Below are positions 30,979 to 42,000 of a stretch of 64,000 nucleotides of DNA, one piece after another. Positions within the stretch are counted from its first letter, which is position 1. Each line of letters begins with the position of its first letter. The DNA lies in contig CAWIIV010000024.1 of NCBI GenBank assembly GCA_963836205.1, positions 96,001 to 160,000 on the forward strand, in the 5' to 3' direction. The DNA comes from an uncultured Acidimicrobiia bacterium (GTDB lineage Bacteria; Actinomycetota; Acidimicrobiia; Acidimicrobiales; AC-14). The position numbers and the translations under genes are program-made. Under the pieces are notes generated by a model. That model was not told the DNA's origin and did no database searches. It saw nothing but the letters and a program-made list of their open reading frames with translations.

Positions 30979-31743
30979 ATGGATCGTCCTATGGACATGG
31001 CCCTTCCCGAGGTTGTCTCCCGTGACGAATGGCTGGCGGCGCGCAAGGCGTTCCTGATCCGGGAGAAGGAGCTCACCCGCCAACGGGATGCGTTGGTCGC
31101 CGACCGGCGCCGGCTGCCGATGGTGAGGATCGACAAGGAGTACGTCTTCGAGGGGCCGGACGGCAAGGCCACCCTCCTCGACCTGTTCGAGGGCCGGCGC
31201 CAGCTCATCGTGGGCCACTTCATGTTCGACCCGACCTGGGACGACGGCTGCTCGAGCTGCTCGGCGGGGGCGATGGAGATGTCGGAGGGACTCCTCGAGC
31301 ACCTCCGGATCCGGGACACGTCGTTCACCTACGTCTCCCGGGCGCCTATCGCCAAGATCGAGGACTACAAGCGGCGGCGGGGGTGGACGTTCCCCTGGCA
31401 CTCGTCGTACGGGAGCGACTTCAACTACGACTTCCACGTGACCCTCGACCCGTCGGTCGCCCCGGTCATGTACAACTACCGCACGCCGGAGGAGCACGAG
31501 GCTGCGGGCACGGCCGGGTACGTCGAGGGCGGGTGGCCGGTCGAGGGTCCCGGCCGGAGCAGTTTCCTGCGCGAGGGGGAGGACATCTTCCACACTTACT
31601 CCGTCTTCGCCCGAGGGACGGAGACGATCGGAGGTTCGTACTACATGCTCGACGAGACGGCACTTGGTCGGCAGGAGGCGTGGGAGGAGCCGAAAGGGCG
31701 GGCGGTCGACGCCCGGGGCAACCGGCCGGACTTCTCCTCGTGA
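30979..31743 (+). CDS. DUF899 thioredoxin-like protein
   Basis: LFEGRRQLIV.HFMF, GCSSCS, SDFNYDF, LGRQEAWEEP. Start uncertain. Confidence 0.88.
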   Translation: MDRPMDMALPEVVSRDEWLAARKAFLIREKELTRQRDALVADRRRLPMVRIDKEYVFEGPDGKATLLDLFEGRRQLIVGHFMFDPTWDDGCSSCSAGAMEMSEGLLEHLRIRDTSFTYVSRAPIAKIEDYKRRRGWTFPWHSSYGSDFNYDFHVTLDPSVAPVMYNYRTPEEHEAAGTAGYVEGGWPVEGPGRSSFLREGEDIFHTYSVFARGTETIGGSYYMLDETALGRQEAWEEPKGRAVDARGNRPDFSS

Positions 31744-32842
31744 CCGCCACCGGTGACGTGCTGGTGCTGGTCGGCACGTCGAAGGGGCTTGTTCACGCTT
31801 GTCGTCGGGGCCGGCCCGCGACTCGTGGACATTGGCCGGGCCGTCGTTCCCGGGCGAGGAGATCTACTCGGCGGTCGTCGACGGGCGGGGCGGGCGCAAC
31901 CGGCTGCTGGTGGGCGCCACCAGCTCCCACTGGGGACCGTCGGTGTACCGGTCCGACGACCTCGGCGATTCGTGGGTGGAGCCGTCGGCGGGAACGCTGG
32001 CCTTTCCGTCGGACGCGGGCGCGGCCGTCGCCCGGGTGTGGCAGTTGCAGCCGGCGGGCGACTCCCAACCCGACGTGGTCTACGCGGGCGTGGAGCCGGC
32101 GGCGCTCTTCCGATCCGACGACGGGGGCGAGTCGTTCGCGCTCGACCGTGGCCTGTGGGACCATCCCCATCGTCCGCAATGGAATCCGGGCGGCGGCGGG
32201 CTGTGCCTGCACACGGTCCTGCCCGATCCCGCGGGCGGACCGCGGCTGGCGGTGGCGGTGTCGGCCGCCGGGTTCTACCGCACGCTCGAAGGGCAGACAT
32301 GGGAGGCGGCCAACGTCGGCATCCGGGCCCCGTTCCTCCCCGAGCCGACGCCCGAGTTCGGCCAGTGCGTCCACAAGGTCGACCGTCACCCGTCCGAGCC
32401 CGACACCCTCTTCCTCCAGCACCACTGGGGTGTCTACCGGTCCGACGACTTCGGGGGGCGCTGGACGGAGGTGGGCGCCGACGACCTGCCGTCGACGTTC
32501 GGTTTCCCGGTGGTGGCCGACCCCAACCGGCCCGGGACGGCCTACGTGCTGCCCCTCACGTCCGACGGGTTCCGGGTCGTCCCCGACGGGCGGCTGCGGG
32601 TCTACCGCACGATGGACGGTGGGGCGACGTGGATGGCCCTGGCCGAGGGTCTGCCCCAGGAGGACGCCTACCTGTCGGTGCTGCGGGACGGGTTCGGGGC
32701 CGACACCCTCGACCCCACCGGGCTGTATTTCGGCACCCGGACGGGCGACGTGTACGCGTCCGCCGACGGCGGGGAGACGTGGACCGAGCTGGCCCGCCAC
32801 CTGCCGCCGGTGCTGTGCGTGAAGGCCGCGGTCCTGCGCTGA
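31740..32842 (+). CDS. BNR/Asp-box (sialidase-like) beta-propeller, frameshift near 31790
   Basis: VLVGTSKGL/FTL N-terminus; repeated SxDxGxxW boxes; GGGGLCLH, GQCVHK. Confidence 0.85.
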
Positions 32843-33114
32843 ACGTCACCGTGCGGCTCGCCGCCGCGCTCCGGCCCCACGCCGGCGGGGCGTCGTCGGT
32901 CGAGGTCGACATCGAGGCGCCGGCCACCGTCGGCCAGGTGATCGACGCGGTCGCGGCCGCCCACCCCGGCGTCGGCCGCCGCGTCCGGGACGAGGCGGGG
33001 GCGCTCCGTCGCCACGTCAACGTCTTCGTCGGCTCGGAGAAGGCCGCCGCCGACACGCCCGTGCCCGAGGGCGCCGAGCTCACCGTCCTCCCGGCGGTGT
33101 CCGGAGGTTTGTGA
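32839..33114 (+). CDS. MoaD/ThiS ubiquitin-like protein
   Basis: RRHVNVFV, LPAVSGGL. Start codon uncertain (CTG 32839 or GTG 32851). Confidence 0.8.
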   Translation: MNVTVRLAAALRPHAGGASSVEVDIEAPATVGQVIDAVAAAHPGVGRRVRDEAGALRRHVNVFVGSEKAAADTPVPEGAELTVLPAVSGGL

Positions 33115-33150
33115 GGAAAAGCGACCCGTGATGTCGCTTTTCCTCCAAAA
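33108..33150. repeat. REP-like hairpin, family 2 (may also act as terminator between convergent genes)
   Basis: GAGGAAAAGCGAC / GTCGCTTTTCCTC perfect 13-bp arms. Confidence 0.75.
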
Positions 33151-33158
33151 GCGCCGGT

Positions 33159-33452
33159 TCAGGCGGGCGGGAGAGGGTCGGCCAGGCCGGTGCCGACGGC
33201 GCCCGCGGCGGCGCCGACGCCCAGCGCCGCCACCACCTTGGCCGGGCCGGACTGCCCGGCGAGCGCCAACACCAGGGCCACCACCACGGCGAGGGTTCCG
33301 CCAACGGGGAGGTCGGACCGGCGCAGGCGGGTACGGCCGACCCGCAGCGCCCACTTCGGCGACGACGGCGACCGGTGCGAGTGGCGGGTGACGACGACGC
33401 CCGCGGCCAGGCCGACCAGGCCGGCGACGAGCGAGGTCACGACGAGTCCCAT
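33159..33452 (-). CDS. Small membrane protein
   Basis: 97 aa with three hydrophobic segments. Confidence 0.6.
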   Translation of the reverse strand: MGLVVTSLVAGLVGLAAGVVVTRHSHRSPSSPKWALRVGRTRLRRSDLPVGGTLAVVVALVLALAGQSGPAKVVAALGVGAAAGAVGTGLADPLPPA

Positions 33453-33501
33453 GGCCGGGGAGCGTATGCGGATGGGGGACCATGGGGGCCGTGGGGGCCG
33501 G

Positions 33502-34065
33502 ATGCGGTTCGTGAAATCGGTCGACGACACCAAGGACCTTCCCCCCTCGCGCGCCGAGGTGGCGGTGGTGGGACGGTCGAACGTGGGCAAGTCGTCGCTG
33601 GTCAACGCCCTCGGCGGCCACAAGGACCTGGCCCGGGTGTCGAAGACGCCGGGCCGCACCCGTCTCCTCAACCTGTTCGAGGTGGCCGACGGGGCCACCC
33701 TGGTCGACTGCCCCGGCTACGGGTACGCCACCGCGTCGAAGGCGGACCGGAACGCGTGGCAGAAGATGATCGAGCGCTACCTGCTCAGCCGGGAGCAGCT
33801 GTCGATGGTGATCGTCCTCGTCGACGGCGAGATCGGCCCGACCCCGCTCGACCTCCAGCTCCTCGACTGGCTGCGGGCCAACGAGCTGCCCCACACCGTG
33901 GTCGCCACCAAGCACGACAAGGTGAGGTCGTCGCTCCGGGGCCGCCGCCAGCGCGACGTGGCCGCCGCCTGCCGACTCATGCCGGACGACGTGGTGTGGG
34001 TGAGCGCGGCCAAAGGCACCGGCATCCCCCGCCTCCGGGGCCTGGTCCACCTCTGGCTCTCCTGA
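33502..34065 (+). CDS. engB: Ribosome biogenesis GTPase EngB/YihA/YsxC
   Basis: GRSNVGKSS, SKTPGRT, DCPGYG, TKHD. Confidence 0.92.
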   Translation: MRFVKSVDDTKDLPPSRAEVAVVGRSNVGKSSLVNALGGHKDLARVSKTPGRTRLLNLFEVADGATLVDCPGYGYATASKADRNAWQKMIERYLLSREQLSMVIVLVDGEIGPTPLDLQLLDWLRANELPHTVVATKHDKVRSSLRGRRQRDVAAACRLMPDDVVWVSAAKGTGIPRLRGLVHLWLS

Positions 34066-34498
34066 GCCACCGCCCGCCGACCGGCCGAGACCCACGGACC
34101 CCGACCGGGCCCGCACAGGCAAGCAAGAGAAGCGGGAAGCCGCGCAACGACCTCCGTCGGCGCCGCCGCATCCTCGAGCGGGAAACGGGGCAGTTGGCCT
34201 CCCGCCTCCGGCGGGGGCGGCATCGAAGGAGGCGCGCGGGCCGGCGACGGCTGAGGCCGACCCGGGCCACCCCGGCCGCGCCGAATGCGGGGTCGGGGAT
34301 CCCGTTGACGCCGGCGGCTGCCGGGATGGCGGCCAACGAGTGAAACGGCCCGCCGCAGGTGCATCCTCAGGCTCGACCGATTCACCGCCGAACTGAAGGT
34401 TCGCATCCGGGTCGCGGTCGGCGATCCACTGACGAGCTCCTCGGCCGCCTCCGGGCGACCGAGGAGTCCCCCGACGTCAGCGCGAGACCGCTGGAGGC

Positions 34499-34792
34499 TT
34501 AGCGCGAGCTCCAGTCGGTGGTGTGGCCGCCCTTGGGGGCCCGGGGGGCGGTGTAGCCCCGCCCGCCCGAGCTGCCACCACCCTTGCTCCTTCCGCCGCC
34601 GCGGCCACCGAGCCCGGCCAGGCCGAGGAGACCAAGGAGGCCGAACAGGCCGAGGTTCTCCTCGATCCAGCTCTCGTCGTCGGAGTCCTCGACTTCGGCC
34701 TCCTGGGCGACGGCCGCGTGGGCCACCGCCGACGTCCCGATCCCCATGCTGAGCATGGCGGCCAATGCTGCGGAACCGAGTGCCTTGCGCAT
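34499..34792 (-). CDS. Small secreted protein with WGxxGxxG-CTERM-like Gly/Leu anchor
   Basis: Signal peptide, acidic stretch, GLFGLLGLLGLAGL, then a basic Gly-rich tail. Confidence 0.65.
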   Translation of the reverse strand: MRKALGSAALAAMLSMGIGTSAVAHAAVAQEAEVEDSDDESWIEENLGLFGLLGLLGLAGLGGRGGGRSKGGGSSGGRGYTAPRAPKGGHTTDWSSR

Positions 34793-34880
34793 GCCGTACT
34801 CCTCGTTCGTCGAACCGTGCGGGTGCCCTACCCACCGTGAGTGCTAGCAGAACCACGGCCCCGAGGTGCATTCTCTGCCC

Positions 34881-35453
34881 ATGTACCACGACGGTCACCG
34901 CAAGCTGCAGGACCGGTTCGGCAGCCGCCGCATCGCCGACCGCCTGGAGGAGGTGACGGTGCACGAGGAGCTGTCCGACGGCGACGTCGCCTTCGTCGAG
35001 CGCAGCCCCATGTTCTTCCTGGCCACGGCCGACACCGACGGGTGGCCCGACGTGTCGTACAAGGGCGGCCGCCCCGGGTTCGTCCGTTGCCTCGACCGGC
35101 GGACGATCGCCTTCCCGTCCTACGACGGCAACGGCATGTTCCGGTCGCTGGGGAACGTCGTGGTCAACGAGCGGGTGTCACTCCTCTTTGTCGACTTCGA
35201 ACATCCCGACCGGCTGCGGATTCAGGGCACGGCGTCGATCTCGGATTCCGACGACCCCCTCCTCGCGGCGTGGGACGGCGCCCAAGCCGTCGTCCGGGTC
35301 ACGGTCGTGCAGGCGTTCCCCAACTGCCCCCGGTACATCCACCGGATGAAGCTCGAGGAGCTGTCGGTGTACGCCCCGGCCCCCGGCCATGTCCCGCCCG
35401 ACCCGGAGTGGAAGGCGATGGGCGTGTTCCGCGACTACCTGCCGGAGCGGTAG
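34881..35453 (+). CDS. Pyridoxamine 5'-phosphate oxidase-like flavin-binding protein
   Basis: FFLATAD, SYKGG.PGFV, YDGNGMF.SLGN, FPNCPRYIH. Confidence 0.88.
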   Translation: MYHDGHRKLQDRFGSRRIADRLEEVTVHEELSDGDVAFVERSPMFFLATADTDGWPDVSYKGGRPGFVRCLDRRTIAFPSYDGNGMFRSLGNVVVNERVSLLFVDFEHPDRLRIQGTASISDSDDPLLAAWDGAQAVVRVTVVQAFPNCPRYIHRMKLEELSVYAPAPGHVPPDPEWKAMGVFRDYLPER

Positions 35454-35454
35454 C

Positions 35455-38400
35455 TCACGAGGCGGCCTCGTCGCTCCCACCGTCGGTGTCGCCCCGCTTG
35501 CGTTTGAGGAGGCGGTCGATGGTGGGCGGGGGGACGGGCGCGGCCGGCGGGGGCGGGGGCGGGGGCTTCTTGGGCCGGGGCGGACGCTCGACGCCCGGAC
35601 GGGCCGGCAGGCGGGACTTGAGCTCGTCGACCAGGCGGCGCCGGCCGGCCTGGAGCGCGGCCACGCCCGAGCCGTGGAGGGCCACCCGGCTGAGGGCGAC
35701 CGCCACCGGCCACAGCGACGCCGCCGCCAGCAGCATCCACCCGGCCAGGGCCAGACGGCCGTGGCCCACGGGGAGGCCGGTGCCGTCGAAGGCGGCGGCC
35801 GGCTCGATGAAGCCCCGTCCACCGGCGAGGGCCGACACCCGGGCCAATGCGTCGGGGTCGACCGAGCCCACCGCGTATTCGGCCGAGTACGACTGGACTG
35901 CGGTGGTCGTGGCCGCCAGGAGCGTCTCCCCGCCGGGACCGGTGACCGAGACGCCCACTGCGTAGGTGCCGGCGGCGGACGCGGCCACCTCACCCACGAA
36001 GGTCTGGTCCGACGTCCGCTCGAGCGCCACCTCCCGGCCCTGGAGGTCGGGGCCGGCCACCCTGGCCACCGCCGTCGCCCCGTCGGGCCACCCGTCCGCC
36101 GACTCGGCCGTCACCCGCAGCCGCCCGTCCACCAGCTCGGCCCGGGCCCCCGCGCCGGCCGACCCGCCCAGGGGGAACGTGTCCTTCACCACGCCCGCCC
36201 AGAACGACGTGTAGCCGTCCCACGTCGTCCACGCCTGCGACCAGCGGGCCGACGCGTCGCTCGTCCATGCCGTGGCCCGGCCCAGCCCCACCTGCCACGA
36301 GGCCAGCAGGGGATCGCTCTCCTCGCCCACGACCAGATGGGTCTGGGCCGTCGGCTTGGTGGTAGCACCCTGGTAGCCGAGGATCGGGGGCGACGCCCGC
36401 AGGTCGCGCACCGGCGCCGCCGAGGAGACGACCTTGGGGAAGAACTCGCCCTCGTTCACGATCTGGCGGGAGGCGAGGATGGCCTCCTGCATCATGATCT
36501 GGGGCACCTGGCTGAGGTCGGTCTCGTTGTAGAAGCGGCCCCGCCCGGCCTCGGCCACCGCGGCCAGGCTGACTTCGGCGCCCGTCTCCCCGGTGGCCAC
36601 CACCGACACGGTGATGCCCTCGGCGGCCAGGTCGGTCGCCTGCTGGACCAGCGCCGAAAGGTTGCCCTCGTTGGTGAAGCCGTCGGTGAACAGGATGATG
36701 TGCTTGAGCTTGGCCTTGTCGTTGCGGAGGGCCTCGCCCGCGGTGAGCAGGGGAAGGGCCAGGTTGGTGCCGCCGGCCGGGGACAGCTGGCGCAGGCCCT
36801 TGGTGACGACCTCCTCCGCCGGCAGCTGTTGCAGGGGGACGATCCACGCCTGCTCGGTGTTGAAGGCGAGCACGCCGACGTGGTCGTCGGCGGCCAGGGC
36901 GGAGATGGTGCGGGCGGCCGCGGCCCGGGAGATGTCGGTCTTGTTGACCCCGCCGTTGACCTGGTTGCCGCCCATGAGCCCGTTGGCCCCGCCCTCCGAG
37001 CAGTGGCAGGCGCCCATCGACCCGCTGCTGTCGATGGCCAGCACCTCCGCCACCGACGGCCGGCGGAGGGGATCCTTGATGTCGCTGATGACGGGGAGCA
37101 GCTTCTCCAGCTCGCTGTCGAGGTAGCCGCCGAGGGCGAACGAGCGGTCGCCGCCGACGGCCACCAGCCCCCGGCCGAGGTCGCGGGTGGCGACGGTGAG
37201 GCTGGCCACCTGGTCGGCCGACAGGCTGTGGGCGTCGACGTCGACCAGCACGGTGGACGAATAGGTGGCCAGGCGGTCGACAGGCGGCAGCTCGGCCGCC
37301 CCCACCACGTCCACCGGTAGCCCACCGGCCCGCAGGGCGGCGGCCAGGGTGGCGCCCTCGCCGGTCATCCCCTCGACCAGGAGGATGCGGGCCGGGCCCT
37401 CGATCTGCACCGCCGCGAACCCGACGTCGTTCTCCAGGCGGGCGTCGTCGGGACCGGTGACCTGGAGGCGGTAGCTGGCCAGGGGGTTGGAGCTGGCGCC
37501 CGCGGTCTGTGGGAGCTCGACCACGGTCTGCCCGGCGGCGACGTCGACCACCCGCTCCTCCACCGTCTCGCCGTCTCGGGTCCACCGCAGGGCGATGGTC
37601 TGGGCGGTGGTGGACGTGATGGTGGCCCGCACGGTGAAGGCCTCGCCCTCCTTGACGTGGCTGGGGGCGTCGACCCGGGACACGGCCATGTCGGCCCCGC
37701 CGAGGGCGTCGACGGCGTGGACGTCGACCCGGATGCCCTGCTCCCGCAGCCGCTTGGCCTCGGTGGCGGCGTCGCCCTCGGTGGCCCGCCCGTCGGACAC
37801 GACCACGATGCGCCGGCGGGCGTCGGAGGGGAGCACGGCCCCGGCCAGGCGGAGGGCCCCGGCCAGGTTGGTGCGGGAGGCGTCGACCTTGGTCGCCGGC
37901 TGGACCAGGCTGGCGTCGGCCTGGACGGTGAGCTCGAGGCGGGCGTCGCCGCCGAAGAAGGCCACGCCCGCGAGGGCGCCGTCGGGCTGGTGGCGGAGGG
38001 CGTCGCGCACCCAGTCGACGGCCGCCGCCTGGCCGCCGGCACCGAGCGAGTCCGACCCGTCGACGAGGAACATCACCGCCACCCGCTTCGAGGTGCGGGG
38101 GATGGCGAGGCCGGCCAGGGCGCCGATGAGGAGGAGGGCGATCGCACCACGGAGGGCGACCGCGGCCCGCCACTGGCGACGGCTCACGCCCCGGCGCCGG
38201 CGGCTGAGGAGGAGCTCGGCGGCGAGCGTGGCCAGGAGGGCGGCGATGACCCATTGCAGCCACGGGCGCTCGCCGGTGGCCCGCCGCTCGCCGGGGGCGA
38301 GGGCCCGCTCGGGCACGGGCAGGCTGGCCGCGGGGGCGAGGGCCGACTCGCCGGGGTCGGCGTTGACCGCGAAGGTGACGTCGGGGCGTCCTTCCTGGTG

Positions 38401-39975
38401 GACGGTCCAGTAGCCGATGGCGTCGGTGACGGGCGCCGCCCCGCCGGCGGCCAGGCTGAGCTGGACCCCGGCCGGGGCGTCGACCGTGGCCGGGCCGGCG
38501 AGGCTCACCGGGAGGGGCTGGCCGACGCGGAGGTCGGCCGGGGGGAGGGCGGCGCCGGCCAGCTCGGTGAGGAGGCGGTCGCCGAGGAGGGGGAAGGCGA
38601 CCTGGAGGGGGAGGTTGCTCTGGTTGAGGGCGAAGGCGAGGTAGGCGAAGGGCCGCCCGCCGTGGGCGCCCCGGAGGAGGAGGGGAGCGCCCTCGGCCCC
38701 GACCAGGACGTCGGCGCTCGGGGCGTCGAGCTTCTGGGCCGTGGCGATCCCGACCTCGGACAGGTCGAGGCCGGCGAGGAGGGCGTCGTCGCTGCGGACG
38801 AGGGTGACGGCCGGGTTCTCCACCTCGCCGGTCACGGCCACGCCCGCGGCGGTGGCGCCCCCGGGCGGGGCGATGGCCAGGAAGGGGGCGCCGGGGTCGG
38901 CGGGCACGGCCACCCCGTCGTAGACGACGAGGTCGAAGCCGGGGGCGGGGCGGGCGTCGGGGCTGCGTTCGACGGTCACCGCCGGCAGGCTGGCGAAGAG
39001 ACGGTCGAGGAAGACGTTGTCGGGGCCGGCCAGGAGGACCTTGAGCGGGCGGCGGCGGCGGGCGGTGGCGAAGGCGTGGTTGTCGGCCGCCAGGAGGTCC
39101 TCGCCCTCGAGAAAGGCCTCCACCCGGTCGCCCCCGGGGAGGTCGATCTCCCGCTCGACCGCCGCGCCCGCGTCGAGTTGCACCTGCTCGGTGTGGGCGG
39201 TGCGGCCGTCGACGTCGAGGCGCAGGGTCTGGGTGGCGGCCGGCCCTCCCGTGTTGCGCAGGCTGACCCGGGCGTGGAGGCCGCTGCCCCGGGGCTCGAC
39301 GGTCAGGCGGGTGACGGCCCGGTTGGTCGACCGGGAGCCGGTGCGGCGGTAGTCGGTGTCGGGCGGGAGGAGCTTCTGCTGCTCGTCGGTGAGCCCACCG
39401 TCGGAGAGGAGGACGAAGCCGACGGGAGTCCCCGGCGTCTCCACGCTCTCGGCCAGGGTGAAGGCGGTGGCGAAGTCGGCCGGGCCGGGGGTCGTGCGGA
39501 TGGCGTTGATGGCCGTGGTGAAGGCGTCGGAATCGGGGCTGGCCGACAGCACCACCCGGGGCTGGGCGTCGGCCACCACCACGCTGGCCACACCGCCCCC
39601 GGGGAGCTGGCGGCGCAGGTCGCGGGCCTTGTCCTTGGCCTCGTCCAGCCGGTCTGGACTGCCGTCGGTGGCGGCCATGGAGCCCGACGCATCGAGGATG
39701 AACACGGTGTGCTCGGCCAGGCGGGCGGCGGTGGGCCGCACCGGCTGGGCCACGGCGGCGGCCAGCAGGGCGACGGCCAGCAGCTGGAGGGCGAGGAGCG
39801 TGCTCGGCCGCAGCTTCTGCCACGGCGCCGCCACCGACACCGGCCGTTCCACCGCCCGCCACAGGAACGTGGAGCTCACCTCCACCGGCGGCCGCCGGGG
39901 CCGGAGGATGTGGAGCACCACGATCGGGATGGCCAGCAGTCCCAACCACAGCCCGGCCGGGTTGGCGAACCTCAC
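35455..39975 (-). CDS. BatA-vWA / vWA-glutamine-amidotransferase-like-vWA membrane protein (~1506 aa)
   Basis: BatA-type N-terminus (FANPAGLW...SSTFLW); three MIDAS-like motifs (DASGSM, DGSDSL, DSSGSM); GGDRSFALGGY; WQVGLGR. Confidence 0.85.
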   Translation of the reverse strand: MRFANPAGLWLGLLAIPIVVLHILRPRRPPVEVSSTFLWRAVERPVSVAAPWQKLRPSTLLALQLLAVALLAAAVAQPVRPTAARLAEHTVFILDASGSMAATDGSPDRLDEAKDKARDLRRQLPGGGVASVVVADAQPRVVLSASPDSDAFTTAINAIRTTPGPADFATAFTLAESVETPGTPVGFVLLSDGGLTDEQQKLLPPDTDYRRTGSRSTNRAVTRLTVEPRGSGLHARVSLRNTGGPAATQTLRLDVDGRTAHTEQVQLDAGAAVEREIDLPGGDRVEAFLEGEDLLAADNHAFATARRRRPLKVLLAGPDNVFLDRLFASLPAVTVERSPDARPAPGFDLVVYDGVAVPADPGAPFLAIAPPGGATAAGVAVTGEVENPAVTLVRSDDALLAGLDLSEVGIATAQKLDAPSADVLVGAEGAPLLLRGAHGGRPFAYLAFALNQSNLPLQVAFPLLGDRLLTELAGAALPPADLRVGQPLPVSLAGPATVDAPAGVQLSLAAGGAAPVTDAIGYWTVHQEGRPDVTFAVNADPGESALAPAASLPVPERALAPGERRATGERPWLQWVIAALLATLAAELLLSRRRRGVSRRQWRAAVALRGAIALLLIGALAGLAIPRTSKRVAVMFLVDGSDSLGAGGQAAAVDWVRDALRHQPDGALAGVAFFGGDARLELTVQADASLVQPATKVDASRTNLAGALRLAGAVLPSDARRRIVVVSDGRATEGDAATEAKRLREQGIRVDVHAVDALGGADMAVSRVDAPSHVKEGEAFTVRATITSTTAQTIALRWTRDGETVEERVVDVAAGQTVVELPQTAGASSNPLASYRLQVTGPDDARLENDVGFAAVQIEGPARILLVEGMTGEGATLAAALRAGGLPVDVVGAAELPPVDRLATYSSTVLVDVDAHSLSADQVASLTVATRDLGRGLVAVGGDRSFALGGYLDSELEKLLPVISDIKDPLRRPSVAEVLAIDSSGSMGACHCSEGGANGLMGGNQVNGGVNKTDISRAAAARTISALAADDHVGVLAFNTEQAWIVPLQQLPAEEVVTKGLRQLSPAGGTNLALPLLTAGEALRNDKAKLKHIILFTDGFTNEGNLSALVQQATDLAAEGITVSVVATGETGAEVSLAAVAEAGRGRFYNETDLSQVPQIMMQEAILASRQIVNEGEFFPKVVSSAAPVRDLRASPPILGYQGATTKPTAQTHLVVGEESDPLLASWQVGLGRATAWTSDASARWSQAWTTWDGYTSFWAGVVKDTFPLGGSAGAGARAELVDGRLRVTAESADGWPDGATAVARVAGPDLQGREVALERTSDQTFVGEVAASAAGTYAVGVSVTGPGGETLLAATTTAVQSYSAEYAVGSVDPDALARVSALAGGRGFIEPAAAFDGTGLPVGHGRLALAGWMLLAAASLWPVAVALSRVALHGSGVAALQAGRRRLVDELKSRLPARPGVERPPRPKKPPPPPPPAAPVPPPTIDRLLKRKRGDTDGGSDEAAS

Positions 39976-39986
39976 GCCAAACCCTG

Positions 39987-40039
39987 CGAACTGGTGACGG
40001 TTTTGGTTGCCAGGACCACCGTTCGTGTCACCGGTTCGA
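39987..40039. repeat. REP-like hairpin homologous (inverted) to the 2578-2696 units
   Basis: Reverse complement TCGAACCGGTGAC...CCGTCACCAGTTCG aligns along its length with 2578-2630. Confidence 0.85.
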
Positions 40040-40051
40040 GGCCGGCGGTGG

Positions 40052-40927
40052 TCATCGCAGGACGCCCTCGCGGCGCCACGCACCCAGGAGGGCGGTCTCC
40101 AGGTCGTCGTCGGCCAGGATGCGGACGTAGGCCGCGCCCACCTGGGCGCACCGTCCCCGCACCCGCTCCAGCCAGGCCTCGGCGGCCCGCTCGTACTCTT
40201 TGATGGAGTCGGAGGCGAGGCTGACGACCACCCGTCCCCCTCCTTCCCGGTCGACCAGCTCGAGGTCGCCGACGAGCGTGGGGTGGAGCTCCTCGGCGGC
40301 CAGCACGTGGACGACCATCACGTCGCCCCCCCGGGACGGCAGCCGGCTGAGGGCGCCCTCCCATTCCTCGGTGAGGAGGTCGGAGATCACCACGGTGAGG
40401 CCGGCGGGGCCGGGACGGGCCAGGAGCGACGACACCGCGGCGGCGAAGGCGGTGTCGCCCGTGGCTTCGAGGCTCGACAGGTGGCGGAAGAGCAGCGGCA
40501 CCGCCCCCCGTCCCGTGAAGCGGGGCGCCGCCCGTTGCAGCGGGAAGGTGTGGACGCTCACCGGGTCGCGCCGGGTGAGGGCCACGAAGCCGAGGGCGGC
40601 CGCCACCCGGGTGGCCTGTTCGAGCTTCCCGCCGGTCGCCATCGAGGCCGACGTGTCGACCAGCAGGCGCAGGTGGAGGTCGTCCTCGGCCTCGAACAGC
40701 TTGAGCAGGAGGACGTCGAGGCGGGCGTAGAGGAAGTAGTCGATGCGCCGGAAGTCGTCGCCCGGGTGGTACTGGCGGTAGTCGGCGAAGTCGGTCGACG
40801 ACCCGTGGCGGGTCGATCGGTGCTCCCCCGCGAAATGTCCCGCCAGCCGCCGGCGGGTGCCAATCTGCAACGCCTCCAGCCGGGCCAGCAGCCGGGGGTC
40901 GAGCAGGCGGGCGCCGGTTTCATGCAC
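40052..40927 (-). CDS. DUF58 (vWA-like) protein
   Basis: DFADYRQYHPGDDFRRID, LVDTSASM, VVISD. Start uncertain. Confidence 0.9.
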   Translation of the reverse strand: MHETGARLLDPRLLARLEALQIGTRRRLAGHFAGEHRSTRHGSSTDFADYRQYHPGDDFRRIDYFLYARLDVLLLKLFEAEDDLHLRLLVDTSASMATGGKLEQATRVAAALGFVALTRRDPVSVHTFPLQRAAPRFTGRGAVPLLFRHLSSLEATGDTAFAAAVSSLLARPGPAGLTVVISDLLTEEWEGALSRLPSRGGDVMVVHVLAAEELHPTLVGDLELVDREGGGRVVVSLASDSIKEYERAAEAWLERVRGRCAQVGAAYVRILADDDLETALLGAWRREGVLR

Positions 40928-40985
40928 TCGGGGAGGGGTGATTTCGCCGGAAACGGGTGATTTCACCACGCTACGAGTGCACGAG
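40919..40985. repeat. Long REP-like hairpin between moxR and DUF58
   Basis: TGCACTCG/CGAGTGCA outer arms with nested GGTGA/TCACC and TTCGCC/GGTGA stems. Confidence 0.65.
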
Positions 40986-40994
40986 ACGTGGGTC

Positions 40995-41996
<1,002 letters not shown>

Positions 41997-42000
<4 letters not shown>

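Noticed and set aside
34066-34498. Possible gene or RNA in the gap after engB
   Set aside because: Only Arg/Pro-rich frames and no convincing motif or nested structure.
35990-40203. Very long alternative ORFs (1319, 848, 643 aa) and similar ones elsewhere
   Set aside because: Arg/Gly/Pro-rich shadow frames expected at high GC, overlapping well-supported genes.
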